Below are positions 8,949 through 19,086 of a DNA stretch of 64,000 nt, in pieces. The number at the start of each line of letters is the position of its first letter. Position 1 is the first letter of the stretch. The position numbers and the translations under genes are program-made. The DNA lies in IMG/VR virus record IMGVR_UViG_3300028490_000395, one strand, 5' to 3'. This DNA is from a virus. The notes beneath the pieces were generated by a model that ran no database searches, was not told where the DNA came from, and worked only from the letters and a program-made list of their open reading frames with translations.

Positions 8949-9317
8949 ATGGAAATCTTAAACAAAATAAATGATCAAGGTGACAATCTTGCAATCGAAG
9001 TTAAATACAACAAAGGCGGTGTAAATTATTTCACTTATAAAACAGAAGAACGTGGTCTATACTTACATCTTTCACCAGTGAACATTAAATCATCTGGAGG
9101 AGGCATGCAAGTTCGAACGTCTCGCTTAATGGGTGGATTACAAACATCTGGTGCAAAACAGTTTCTAAAGCCTCTTGGTAGAAAATCTAAAAAGCAAGAA
9201 ACTTTTGTAGAAAATGTTGTTCTTGATTTTAACAATCGACTTTTTGAAGCTTGGAAAAACAATGATCGCGCAACACTTGTTTCTCTTGTCGATGAGATTA
9301 TTGATATCGTAAACTGA
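8949..9317 (+). CDS. hypothetical protein
   Basis: ORF follows AAAGGAAAAAAG. No motif recognised. Confidence 0.5.
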   Translation: MEILNKINDQGDNLAIEVKYNKGGVNYFTYKTEERGLYLHLSPVNIKSSGGGMQVRTSRLMGGLQTSGAKQFLKPLGRKSKKQETFVENVVLDFNNRLFEAWKNNDRATLVSLVDEIIDIVN

Positions 9318-9376
9318 ACATAAGTAAGAAGATCTTTCTTCTTACTATAAAGCTATAAAGCTTTTCTACTATCTTA

Positions 9377-9964
9377 TTAATTGAGGTCGGCCACAGTAAT
9401 ATCTTTAGACTTCATATAATCCGCTATATCTTTTCTGTTAAACTTGCTCCCAACATATTTTTTATCGATACTCTTAAACTCATCTCCATAATATCTTTTA
9501 TTTACCATAGAAAGAGCAAAATTGTTTGTGGTATTTTTACTATACATCCATTTTATAGACTTAACGAAGTCAATGTTGTCAGATCGATCTTCAGAGTCTT
9601 TCAGCGAATCCATTTCTGAATCTATATCTTGGATGAAAGAGTGATCAAATCTATCATTTAACGGTTGAATAACATAATTACCTAATCCATAAAGAATTCC
9701 ATATGTTGCTATTGCAGCAAAAAAAACACCGGGACTTATTGTGTCAGGGTTAATGCTCATATCCATTTGATTAATTTTAACTTGATCCTCGTCAGTCTCT
9801 CCCCGAGAAAAAAGTGTGGCCAGGATAATAAAAACTCCTCCCATAATCCACAACGTGTATGGAAGATAAAATCCTGTAAGGTTAAATACATAAATTGGCT
9901 CTAACGAATGACTAGATACAAAATCATTTACGAATTGTTCTATTTTTGACATGCTCAGAATCAA
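9377..9964 (-). CDS. membrane protein (2 TM) hypothetical
   Basis: Two hydrophobic helices. Abuts the upstream gene at 9965. Confidence 0.5.
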   Translation of the reverse strand: MILSMSKIEQFVNDFVSSHSLEPIYVFNLTGFYLPYTLWIMGGVFIILATLFSRGETDEDQVKINQMDMSINPDTISPGVFFAAIATYGILYGLGNYVIQPLNDRFDHSFIQDIDSEMDSLKDSEDRSDNIDFVKSIKWMYSKNTTNNFALSMVNKRYYGDEFKSIDKKYVGSKFNRKDIADYMKSKDITVADLN

Positions 9965-10342
9965 CTATGATAGATTGTAAGTAAAACTTACTTTTTTAGC
10001 AGAGACAGATAGCGCCTCTCTAAACCGAGCTTCTATCTCAGCCATATTGAATTCTCCTGAGCTATTTTGATAGGTTTTCCCATTCATTGAAACAGTTTGA
10101 ATAGGTGCAGAAAAAGAAACATCTGAAGAAATATAAAACTTAAGAATAAGGTTCTTAGAATGTGTTACAAACATTCCTGAGATTACAAACTGAGATAGAA
10201 TGTCTTCTATCTTTTCATTAAACTGTTCAATCGTTTCGATACCAGGGAGGCCAACGGTTGCAACATCTGTGCTTTCAGGGAAATAACCTCCTTTAACAGA
10301 AAATTGTAGGTCACAGTTACATTGAATTGTTTTTATAGACAT
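9965..10342 (-). CDS. hypothetical protein
   Basis: ORF forms a tandem pair with 9377..9964. Confidence 0.45.
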   Translation of the reverse strand: MSIKTIQCNCDLQFSVKGGYFPESTDVATVGLPGIETIEQFNEKIEDILSQFVISGMFVTHSKNLILKFYISSDVSFSAPIQTVSMNGKTYQNSSGEFNMAEIEARFREALSVSAKKVSFTYNLS

Positions 10343-10512
10343 AATATACCCTTTAATTTAATTGTATAAAGTATATGAGAAATCAACTGAAAGATAACTG
10401 AAAGAAGAGTAATTTAGAGGTGTTGTATAAGTAGAAACAGAGAATGAAAAATCATCCTTTGTTTATTTGATCAAAACGGAGCAGAAAAAATTCTGTCCGA
10501 AATCAACTTTGT

Positions 10513-11664
10513 CTAGAAGTTATATGTATAAGCTAGAGCTAAAGAATTTTGATCGTTTGTTGCTTCAAGATCTCCAGAAGCAAACGGAATATCTTCAGAT
10601 TGTGAACCTGTTCCATAAACGTATGCAAGATCGAGAGAGTTGTTGTCGTTAATGTTCCACGTACCACCAATTGTATAGTGCATAGTTGTAACAGCAGGGA
10701 AGTAAGCCATTGAAGTACCTAAACCATTTGCAGTGTCACCTCTACCTAAAGGAGTATCACCATAGTTAAGACCAAGTCTTCCTTCCCAAGATTTTGCTGA
10801 GTACTGATAACCTCCAGCGAACACATCTTGATTTTCCCAATCGAAATCTTCAAAACCTGTTGCTGAACCATAACCAAGGTGCTTGTAATCAAAAGCGATT
10901 GTATGAGCACTAATTGTGTAGCTGATACCAACGCCAATTTCTGACGGAGTCGCCAACTTGTTGTTGTTTCTGTTAGTACCAGAAATAAGAACGTCATCTC
11001 CAAAGTCAAGATCAACTGAAGATTTATAAACAGCAGCGAATGTTACAGATGAACCTTCATTAATAGAAAGTTCATAGTCTGCACCAAGTTCAAAACCTAA
11101 TCCAGTAGCTGTAGAAGATTGCTGAGAATCTGTACCATCTGTTCCAAAGTAACCAGGTAGACTAAGCTTTCCTGATTTAGCCAAAGGTGTAAAACCAATA
11201 CTAAATCCAGAAACCTTATACGCCATAGGAACAGCGAAAGTAGCAATTGCTAACTCAGATTTAACATCTTTAATGTTATCTTCATCGCCATAATCAACAC
11301 CCATTCCACCACTGCCGTAAATCGCTCCACCTAAGTAGAAAGAATCGTTAAATGCATAAACACCTGAAACTGAAGGGATGACTGACATAGGATACTTACT
11401 GTTGTAAGTGTTCGAATTATCAGCAACAGAAACGTCAGCGTTAAACAGCGTTGCTCCAACGTTGATAAATGCTGTATCAGTCCGCGTGATCATAGAAGGG
11501 TTAGAATAAGCATTCTCACCTTTTAGATTAGTTGCAATACCTACACCACCCATTGAACGAGCCTTTGCTCCTACACCAATTTGATTAATACCATTTGTTG
11601 CGAAAGCAGACGTTGTCCCTAGTGCTAGTGCAGCGATAACTGCTAATTTAATTGTTTTTTTCAT
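10513..11664 (-). CDS. FadL/OmpP1-family outer-membrane transport protein
   Basis: Signal peptide, then NQIGVGAKARSMGGVGIATNLKGENAYSNPSMIT, which is the FadL N-terminal signature ending ...NPA/S. C-terminal ...AYTYNF is a terminal aromatic. Confidence 0.7.
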   Translation of the reverse strand: MKKTIKLAVIAALALGTTSAFATNGINQIGVGAKARSMGGVGIATNLKGENAYSNPSMITRTDTAFINVGATLFNADVSVADNSNTYNSKYPMSVIPSVSGVYAFNDSFYLGGAIYGSGGMGVDYGDEDNIKDVKSELAIATFAVPMAYKVSGFSIGFTPLAKSGKLSLPGYFGTDGTDSQQSSTATGLGFELGADYELSINEGSSVTFAAVYKSSVDLDFGDDVLISGTNRNNNKLATPSEIGVGISYTISAHTIAFDYKHLGYGSATGFEDFDWENQDVFAGGYQYSAKSWEGRLGLNYGDTPLGRGDTANGLGTSMAYFPAVTTMHYTIGGTWNINDNNSLDLAYVYGTGSQSEDIPFASGDLEATNDQNSLALAYTYNF

Positions 11665-11820
11665 ATGTTATTCTCCTCAGAATTTTTAGTTTAAAACGAT
11701 CTTACGAACGTTTTATTGAGTCTATTGTAGCTGATTTTTTAAAAAAAAAACTTAAACTTTGAATATATAAAACTTTGGGAGAAGAATTGTAACACCTGTT
11801 TTAGGTGTTTTAAGGAGAGG

Positions 11821-12198
11821 TTACTTAGATAAAACCTTTTGAAGCTCTGTTTGAATAGTCATACTATTGTCGTTAAATTCTTTGGAAAATGATTCCTCTT
11901 TAGATTTCATTATTACATCGAGAGTATTTGTAATACTAAGTGTTTTATAGATATAGTAATACTTGTCTGGTGTAATTTGAGAAGAAAGAAGAGACAGAGC
12001 ATCGGCCTTAGAGAGATCAGCGTTAATTTTATGAAAATCTTTTGAGAAAGAGTCTTTCATTTCATCGCTAAAAGGAATTACTTTTGAGACTGAGGATTCT
12101 TTAGGTGTTATGCTTTTTGAAGATTCCTTCCCGGAGTCACTGCAGCCTCCAAACATAAGGATACTTGTCAAAATGCTAGCTGTTAATATTTTATTCAT
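11821..12198 (-). CDS. lipoprotein (start moved to internal ATG)
   Basis: MNKILTASILTSILMFGGCSDSGK carries a lipobox-like FGGC. GAGG lies upstream of the ATG at 12198. Confidence 0.55.
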   Translation of the reverse strand: MNKILTASILTSILMFGGCSDSGKESSKSITPKESSVSKVIPFSDEMKDSFSKDFHKINADLSKADALSLLSSQITPDKYYYIYKTLSITNTLDVIMKSKEESFSKEFNDNSMTIQTELQKVLSK

Positions 12199-12498
12199 GG
12201 AAAACCTCACTGATCTTTGTTTTAAAGAAGTATACCTTCTTTTACGGATAAAGTTACTTAAGTTATTTTTTAGATAAGGTAAGCTATAATTACTTACAAT
12301 TTTATGTAAACGAATAAGATAATTCCATTGAATTATGCAATTTGTAGTAGGAGAAATATATGAAGAGCTTACTTTAACCAACCACCATTTATACTAAACT
12401 TAATAGGCCATTAGATTAAATTCTAAAAGCAGGTTCTATATCTGCATGAAGAGACTATTATTCCATTGAATATATAGACACTTGAAAAGGAGAAACAC

Positions 12499-13461
12499 AT
12501 GAATACATTTTCAACAGATGAAAAAGAAACACTTTTTAGCCAATTCATAGTAAAGGCTAGTGAAGTAATGACACCCTCACAAAATACAGTAACAGATTCT
12601 CTTGATATAATTGATCGAGATCTTTACGACTATACTAAAGCTGCAGGACTTGAGAGTCTTTGCCTAGGCATCTCTGGGGGACTAGATTCAGCGGTAGTAG
12701 CGGCTATTGCCTCTAAAGTAACAAAAAGACTAGGGATTAAACTTATAGGGGTTTCTATCCCTCTTAGTTCGTCAGACAAACACAGGGAGCAAGCTGCATG
12801 GGTTGGAGAAACTTATTGTGACGCATTCTCAGAGATTAATGCTTGGGAAGAGATAATCCCTGAAGCAGAAACAACTCCACACGAGATGGTTGACTCTGTA
12901 ATCAATTCAACAGATAGAGTTCTTAAAATGGCGGGATTTGAACCGAATGACTTTGATCGAGCTATTCAACAAGCGAACATTAAAAGTAGACTTAGAATGA
13001 TTACTCTTTATGCTATTGCTAAAAATGCAAAAGGAATGGTTCTAGGGACAGGAAACTGGAGCGAAGACCATGCAATTTTCTTTTATACAATTGGTGGAGA
13101 TGGTCAAGTCGATTACTCTCCGATAAAAGGAATAGGTAAAGGCTTTGAGATGCCTGTGTTTGCAAAAGAGCTAGGGATTAGAGATGATATCATTGATCAA
13201 AAACCGAGTGACGGTCTAAAAGCTTCTGAGGCGGATACAGATGAAGCTCAGATAGGTGGGACCTATGAAGAAGTCGATGCAGTAATCAATGCTTACCTAG
13301 GAAACTTTGGAAAAGAGCTTACTTACTACTTCAGCATGATTGAAGATCTTGAAAAAGTTCAAAAGATCATTGGAAGACATAAGGCCAACAAATTCAAAGA
13401 GAATGGTGAAGTCTCAATAGAGAGGGGAGAGAACGGGCTACCAGAAGTCTTTATGGAATAA
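12499..13461 (+). CDS. nadE: NH3-dependent NAD+ synthetase
   Basis: PP-loop LGISGGLDSAVVAAIA. Length and layout are consistent with NadE. Confidence 0.8.
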   Translation: MNTFSTDEKETLFSQFIVKASEVMTPSQNTVTDSLDIIDRDLYDYTKAAGLESLCLGISGGLDSAVVAAIASKVTKRLGIKLIGVSIPLSSSDKHREQAAWVGETYCDAFSEINAWEEIIPEAETTPHEMVDSVINSTDRVLKMAGFEPNDFDRAIQQANIKSRLRMITLYAIAKNAKGMVLGTGNWSEDHAIFFYTIGGDGQVDYSPIKGIGKGFEMPVFAKELGIRDDIIDQKPSDGLKASEADTDEAQIGGTYEEVDAVINAYLGNFGKELTYYFSMIEDLEKVQKIIGRHKANKFKENGEVSIERGENGLPEVFME

Positions 13462-13579
13462 AGATGAGTTATTATCTTTAATAAAAGGTGTCATTTTACA
13501 GTCTTAACTCCCAGACTAAGGGTTTATTAACTGAAAAATGATAACCTATTATCTATAAAAACATAGGAGAAGACAACAT

Positions 13580-13951
13580 ATGACAATGCAAGAACAATTT
13601 ATTAAAAGCAAAGCAAAACTGCACAATTCCTTCCTCGAACAAGTTCTAAATGATCTTGAATATCAAAAAACAGACTCAAATAAGACAATCGTCCAAGATA
13701 TCCTCTCTGTAGCAAGAAATGATATTAATTACGTATGGACAAAGATGGATACTTTGATAAAATCTATTAAACACGTAAAAGGGTATGTAGGACTATCTAG
13801 TAATAGAAAGGCTATAAAGATAGGTTATTCTAAAAAAGATGTGTCAGAGGTTATTGCAGATGAATTTCACGACATAGTTAGATCATGGAGTAAGAAGTAT
13901 AAAATAGAACTGAACTATGCATATGAAAATGAAACTTTTTATATAGATTAA
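13580..13951 (+). CDS. hypothetical protein
   Basis: ORF preceded by GGAGAAG. Confidence 0.45.
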   Translation: MTMQEQFIKSKAKLHNSFLEQVLNDLEYQKTDSNKTIVQDILSVARNDINYVWTKMDTLIKSIKHVKGYVGLSSNRKAIKIGYSKKDVSEVIADEFHDIVRSWSKKYKIELNYAYENETFYID

Positions 13952-13986
13952 AACTTTTAGTTATAATTTTAAAAAAGGAGGTTTAT

Positions 13987-14310
13987 ATGAAAGGAGTACT
14001 ATTAAGTCTAGTGTTGACAACTTTAGCATTTGGACAAATATTTTCGGGGACAACCCCAGATGGATCTTTTGTTGCAGAAAAAACTCAAATTGTAGTAAAA
14101 GTGAATGTTTTAAATTCTGGATATATGCAAATAACAAAGGCACCAACTAACTGTGGAACAGTATTCGTTCTAGATGATTCGGGGAAGCTTGTAGGAGATT
14201 TGAACATGAATCAGTTTACAAAAAACATAAAAATATCGAAAGGATCTATAAAAATTCAAGTGGTACCGACAAAAGGCGCTTGCACAATAAGTTATTTAGT
14301 TCCTGAGTAA
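13987..14310 (+). CDS. secreted small protein (signal peptide)
   Basis: Signal peptide MKGVLLSLVLTTLAFGQIFSG. AAGGAGG upstream. Confidence 0.55.
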   Translation: MKGVLLSLVLTTLAFGQIFSGTTPDGSFVAEKTQIVVKVNVLNSGYMQITKAPTNCGTVFVLDDSGKLVGDLNMNQFTKNIKISKGSIKIQVVPTKGACTISYLVPE

Positions 14311-14324
14311 CTAAAAAGCTCGAA

Positions 14325-14346
14325 AGCTAGAAAAACCTACCCGGAA
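14325..14346. terminator. bidirectional hairpin between convergent genes
   Basis: tacccGGAAgggta stem-loop between 13987..14310 (+) and 14368..15000 (-). Confidence 0.4.
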
Positions 14347-14367
14347 GGGTAAGTAGTTAAAAAAATG

Positions 14368-15000
14368 TTAAAAGACTAATGTACCGTCTAAGTTAACACT
14401 TTTGATAGAGGCAGTACCAAGATAACTCTCATTTTTGTAAGAGATATGATCTTGATAAACGTCACCAACAAGAAGATAATCAGAAATTCGATCATTAATA
14501 CCAAACTCGCCTTGAATCTCCATAAATCCATGATCAATAGATCCGTGAATTGAAACAACATACTCTGTACTTTCGTCAAAGTTAAATTGTTTAATGTCAA
14601 GATCTACAATAGTAGAATCTTCTGAAAAAGAAAGAGTTTGATAACCTTCTATGCTGTTTCCTTGATCAATACAATTAGTATAGCTAACATGTAAGTTCAT
14701 TACATGGTTTTGATATACTTCATCGATTGTATAAGAACCTTCGTCTGAACAAAGATACGTACTAGAATTTCTAGTAGTGTCATTTGAATCAAGGAAGCCA
14801 TGATAAGGATCATTGACAAGAGCCAAGATATTATCGGATATTACGACTTCATTAAATGTTGTTAAGTAGTCGTTTTTGAAAGCAATAGCCTCAGCTGCAT
14901 TATCAAGAGTTGAATATCGAGAACCAGATGTAGTAGAACCACAACCAGAAAAAACCATAGCAACAAGGATGAAAAGTACCGCTTTAATAAATGTGTTCAT
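14368..15000 (-). CDS. lipoprotein (start moved to internal ATG)
   Basis: MNTFIKAVLFILVAMVFSGCGS carries a lipobox FSGC. Confidence 0.55.
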   Translation of the reverse strand: MNTFIKAVLFILVAMVFSGCGSTTSGSRYSTLDNAAEAIAFKNDYLTTFNEVVISDNILALVNDPYHGFLDSNDTTRNSSTYLCSDEGSYTIDEVYQNHVMNLHVSYTNCIDQGNSIEGYQTLSFSEDSTIVDLDIKQFNFDESTEYVVSIHGSIDHGFMEIQGEFGINDRISDYLLVGDVYQDHISYKNESYLGTASIKSVNLDGTLVF

Positions 15001-15129
15001 GAGAAACCTTTGGACGGAGAATGATCTCAATTGAGTCGTATCAAACGTCATAAAACATGAATACAGTTATATAAACTTAATTATAAAAAAAACAACTAAA
15101 AGTGTAAAAGAGCCGAAGCTCTTAAGTCT

Positions 15130-15474
15130 TTATTCAAGAATCTTATGAAATTGTTCAGAAACATCTTTCTGAGCAGCTTCTAAGACTTCGTTGAGCTCAT
15201 TATAAGCTTTTGATACGATTTGACTCATAAGAATAATGCTGACTCCTTTAACCCAAGTTTCTTGCTCAAAGATACGTTCTAAAACAGGTGTACCAGATTG
15301 AGTAACTGAAAACCGAGGGATAGGACCTGATTGAGACATAGCCATACTTAAAGAAAATTTAAAATTTTCAGTATTAATTGACGCGCCAAGATTTTCGTGT
15401 TCCGCGATATCTAGCTCTATAAGCTGCTTAAAGATTTGTTCGATTTCATAACCGACAGTGTTAGTTGAGGACAT
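15130..15474 (-). CDS. hypothetical protein
   Basis: ORF only. Confidence 0.45.
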   Translation of the reverse strand: MSSTNTVGYEIEQIFKQLIELDIAEHENLGASINTENFKFSLSMAMSQSGPIPRFSVTQSGTPVLERIFEQETWVKGVSIILMSQIVSKAYNELNEVLEAAQKDVSEQFHKILE

Positions 15475-15586
15475 AAAGTCTCCTTTGTGAATTGAATTGA
15501 TCTAGTTATATAAGCAATTCACTTAAAAATACCTTGTTTAGCAGATATAGTTAAGTTATAATCAACAAAATACAAAAGGAATCACT

Positions 15587-16012
15587 ATGAAGAATAGAAG
15601 AATTGCAAAGTTTATAAAAGAGTTTTTATGGATATTGAAATCAGCCTTTATGAGTTTTTTTATCTTACCACCGGCATTCATCCTGTTAACTCTCCTTTAC
15701 ACAACAAGCTTTAACTTAAGTGAGATAGGGCAAATATTTCTAGAGTCAAACCAAGATGCCTTGAAGTCAAACTGGATCATGCTTGGGGCAGCATTCTATT
15801 TTATTCTAGTTATGTTTAGAATAGCTTCTTCTGCCTTCAGACCTCTTGACAACATAGAGTATTTTCAAGAGTCAATAGCACAACAAAAGGGAAGTGAAAG
15901 AAAAGATTACATTTCTCATGGGGTGACGATAGAGGGAAACAAAAACTATTTTAAGGGATTGATCTCTAGAGAAGAGGCCAACACCTTTATGGATGTTTTA
16001 AGACGTGACTAA
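15587..16012 (+). CDS. membrane protein (3 TM)
   Basis: Hydrophobic segments. AAAGGAAT upstream. Confidence 0.5.
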   Translation: MKNRRIAKFIKEFLWILKSAFMSFFILPPAFILLTLLYTTSFNLSEIGQIFLESNQDALKSNWIMLGAAFYFILVMFRIASSAFRPLDNIEYFQESIAQQKGSERKDYISHGVTIEGNKNYFKGLISREEANTFMDVLRRD

Positions 16013-16501
16013 AACGTAATTAGGATAACTATTTTGAAAAGTGTTAAAGCTTTTCTTTCTCAGATTGTTGTTTGAGAATCTTTTGTCAAATGTTACATCT
16101 TCAGTAATCCAAGCCGGTAAAACAAATTCTTCATTTTCTGACTGAAGCTCAATCTCAGCTAAAACTAATCCAAAGTTTTCACCCTTAAAGAAATCAACTT
16201 CCCAAAGATGCCCTTCATGTTCAATTTCAAAGCGTTCTTTTTTTACAAGAGGTCCGTCGCAAAGACCTGAAAGCATTTCAATTGCGTCACTTTTTGGGAC
16301 TTCATATTCATATTCATCTCTAGTAAAGTTGTTTGTGGGACCTTTAAGAGTTAAAAATCCTTTGTCATTACAAAGACGAACTCTGACAGTGGAAGCGTTT
16401 CGAGTTGAAACATACCCCTGAATAATTTCAAGAGGTTTTGGTAATACATTGGGAAGCTTGCTGTGATCAACAAGATATTTACGTTCTATTTCTTTAGGCA
16501 T
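15998..16501 (-). CDS. CYTH-domain protein (CyaB / thiamine-triphosphatase-like triphosphate tunnel enzyme)
   Basis: N-terminal EIERKYL (ExExK) hallmark. About 167 aa. Start moved to the ATG preceded by AGGAGG. Confidence 0.7.
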   Translation of the reverse strand: MPKEIERKYLVDHSKLPNVLPKPLEIIQGYVSTRNASTVRVRLCNDKGFLTLKGPTNNFTRDEYEYEVPKSDAIEMLSGLCDGPLVKKERFEIEHEGHLWEVDFFKGENFGLVLAEIELQSENEEFVLPAWITEDVTFDKRFSNNNLRKKSFNTFQNSYPNYVLVTS

Positions 16502-16597
16502 TATAGGCCTCCTGTTTTTAATGTGTAACATAATAACCTAAATCTTTTAAAGAATGCTTAAGGTGAGAACAGATATTATTGCGTTAAAGGATCATTA

Positions 16598-17725
16598 ATG
16601 ATAAAAATAAGCATACCTCTAGGTGTTATTTCTGGGACAGTCACAACAATGTTCTTAAACTTTGGATGGATATCTCTTTTTCTGGGCTCTATTCTAATAG
16701 TAGCTTCTCTCGTTGCTATTTTTAAAATGTTAGAAGCAGAAGAGTCTGGCCCAACCTCGAAGATAAAAGAAGGGTTAGCTAAATTTGACAACTTGGTGGC
16801 AAATTATGAAAAAGATGGATGGGGGAGGATTAAGTATTTCCTAAAAAAAGGGATAGGTAAGTTCTTAAAGAAAGATTCTGTTAATTTTGATTTTCTAGAA
16901 GCACACATAAACAATAAAGAATCAATATCAAGTATGAAAATTTTTCGAAAATTTTTAGCAATTCTAATGAATAGTGAAAACTGGAAAGACTCTTCACAAA
17001 AAGAAAAAGAGGATTTTGTAGAAGATTTTATTAGAGAATTAAAATATGCTCAGGAAGAAGACATCCCCTCATACAAGATTCAATTAGAAAAAGATGCAGA
17101 AGATATATTGAAAGGGTACTCTGTTGGGAAAAGTTGTTCACTATCAATATTCTTCGCAATTATTACATTCTCAACAATGTTGTTCTTTACTATACATTTT
17201 TTCACGATGGGGCTAGATGAGGTTAGAGGAAAGGAGACGGCAGTCTTTAATAAAGTCGTAAACATGTACATATCAGAGAAGTCTGATAAAATCATATCAT
17301 TCGAATCAAGCTCAATAACCGCTGCCGCAGGATTCTGTAAAATGAAAAACTTGTTGAGATTAGAACAAGAGACAGGATATATGCCTGTTTGTCATTATGA
17401 AGAGAATCCAGACTTTGTATTTAACGAAATATTTTATATACATGGGGAAAAAGCAGACTTAGATTATACATATGAAATTTCAAAAAATGATAGGGTTTTT
17501 ATTGGTTTAACAAGTCGAAATCCTGGTAGACCAGGGTATATGTACGAAGCTGGAGTCTTTATGAAAAAAGGTCTTGATCAAAAGATAATAAATAAGGGAA
17601 TTGAGATCTTAAAATTATACAACCAGAGTAAACTAACTATTCACGAAATAGAAACAAATCGCGCAGAAATGAATCAGTATATACTTCCTGCATACGATAG
17701 TTCTGAAGCTAAGTCTCTTTTGTAA
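16598..17725 (+). CDS. membrane-anchored hypothetical protein (2 N-terminal TM, internal TM)
   Basis: ORF with transmembrane segments. No motif recognised. Confidence 0.5.
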   Translation: MIKISIPLGVISGTVTTMFLNFGWISLFLGSILIVASLVAIFKMLEAEESGPTSKIKEGLAKFDNLVANYEKDGWGRIKYFLKKGIGKFLKKDSVNFDFLEAHINNKESISSMKIFRKFLAILMNSENWKDSSQKEKEDFVEDFIRELKYAQEEDIPSYKIQLEKDAEDILKGYSVGKSCSLSIFFAIITFSTMLFFTIHFFTMGLDEVRGKETAVFNKVVNMYISEKSDKIISFESSSITAAAGFCKMKNLLRLEQETGYMPVCHYEENPDFVFNEIFYIHGEKADLDYTYEISKNDRVFIGLTSRNPGRPGYMYEAGVFMKKGLDQKIINKGIEILKLYNQSKLTIHEIETNRAEMNQYILPAYDSSEAKSLL

Positions 17726-17781
17726 GTACTTTATAAGGAAACCTTTTGTAAAATACACATATTACAAAAAAAGGACTATCT

Positions 17782-19086
17782 ATGCACCACGCTGAATTAC
17801 CTATCGCACTCATTTTAATAGCGTCAATTATTTTGATCGCTAAGTTCGCTCAAGAAAAAGGGAAAATCCCTTTACCTTACACCTTCATTATCCTAGCATA
17901 TTCCATGGAAAAATTAGTCCCCGACCTTATCCCTGACACGTTTAGAACGCATTTCGATGCAAATGTTCTATTCTTAATTCCATTGATCTTTATGGGAGAC
18001 TTATTACACCTACAATGGAAAGATATTTATCAGCACAAATTTTCAATTTTATATCTGTCAGTAGTCTCAGTCGCCCTTTCTATTATTGCTGGAGCAAGTC
18101 TGTATTACTTAGATCTTCTTCCTCAACTAACAATAGGTATGTATGTCGCGCTCTTTTCTATAGTAATGGCTACAGACGCGATAAGTGTCCAAGGTGTCCT
18201 TTCTCAATTCAAGGGGATACCTCACAAGGTAAAGATCCTTTTTGAAGGTGAGAGCATAGGTAATGACGCTACAGCAATGATTGCCTTCTACTTTGTGGGG
18301 GTGCCTTGGATAATGTATAATACATTTGATTTTTCGACACTCCCTTTAATCTTTTTTAAGGTCTTTGTAGGCTCTATTATTCTAGGTCTACTGTCTGGGT
18401 ACTTAGGTTATTTGATAATGAAGATTTTTAAAGATACAAGATCTGAAACACTTGTAATAATTGTCACTTCGTATATTTCATTTTTAAGTGCAGAGTATTT
18501 CCATCTTGCAGGTATTGCATCGATTATTGCTGCAATTATTCTTCTAAAAGCCTTATCTGATAGAGATATTGAAAGAGATTTAACATTGGCTGCACAAAAA
18601 TCAAGAGATGATCATAATCCGAAGTCTTTAACAAAGTTCCTAACAACTTCTTCAACAACAAAAGAAAGAATGGAGTCTGTTCAACATACAGTATCTGACT
18701 ATGGCTACTTTGCTTCGGTGTTCATCTTTATTGCTCTAGCAGAGATGATTAAAATAGATGATCTTGTAAAATACTGGGATGCGATATTAATTGTTTTTGC
18801 AGCCACAACTATTATCAGAGCTTTATCAATGGCTAAATTTGTTTGGATTGGTCGCAATACTGAACACATTGCACACTTAGATTTTCAAGGATGGTTTGTA
18901 CTTACTATGGCCGGGATGAAAGGTGCTCTATCTATCATAATGGTTCATGCTTTACCAGCTGATTTCGCGCTTAAAGAGATGTTTGAAGCTATAGTTGTTG
19001 GAGTCATCTTAATGAGTATTTTCTTTAATGGTCTTGCATTGATAATTTACTTTAATGTAACGAAAGAAGCTTCAGATGTTCACTAG
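17782..19086 (+). CDS. cation/proton antiporter-like membrane protein (CPA/NhaP-like)
   Basis: About 12 TM segments and 434 aa, with an N-terminal helix typical of Na+/H+ exchangers. Family assignment is by architecture only. Confidence 0.5.
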   Translation: MHHAELPIALILIASIILIAKFAQEKGKIPLPYTFIILAYSMEKLVPDLIPDTFRTHFDANVLFLIPLIFMGDLLHLQWKDIYQHKFSILYLSVVSVALSIIAGASLYYLDLLPQLTIGMYVALFSIVMATDAISVQGVLSQFKGIPHKVKILFEGESIGNDATAMIAFYFVGVPWIMYNTFDFSTLPLIFFKVFVGSIILGLLSGYLGYLIMKIFKDTRSETLVIIVTSYISFLSAEYFHLAGIASIIAAIILLKALSDRDIERDLTLAAQKSRDDHNPKSLTKFLTTSSTTKERMESVQHTVSDYGYFASVFIFIALAEMIKIDDLVKYWDAILIVFAATTIIRALSMAKFVWIGRNTEHIAHLDFQGWFVLTMAGMKGALSIIMVHALPADFALKEMFEAIVVGVILMSIFFNGLALIIYFNVTKEASDVH

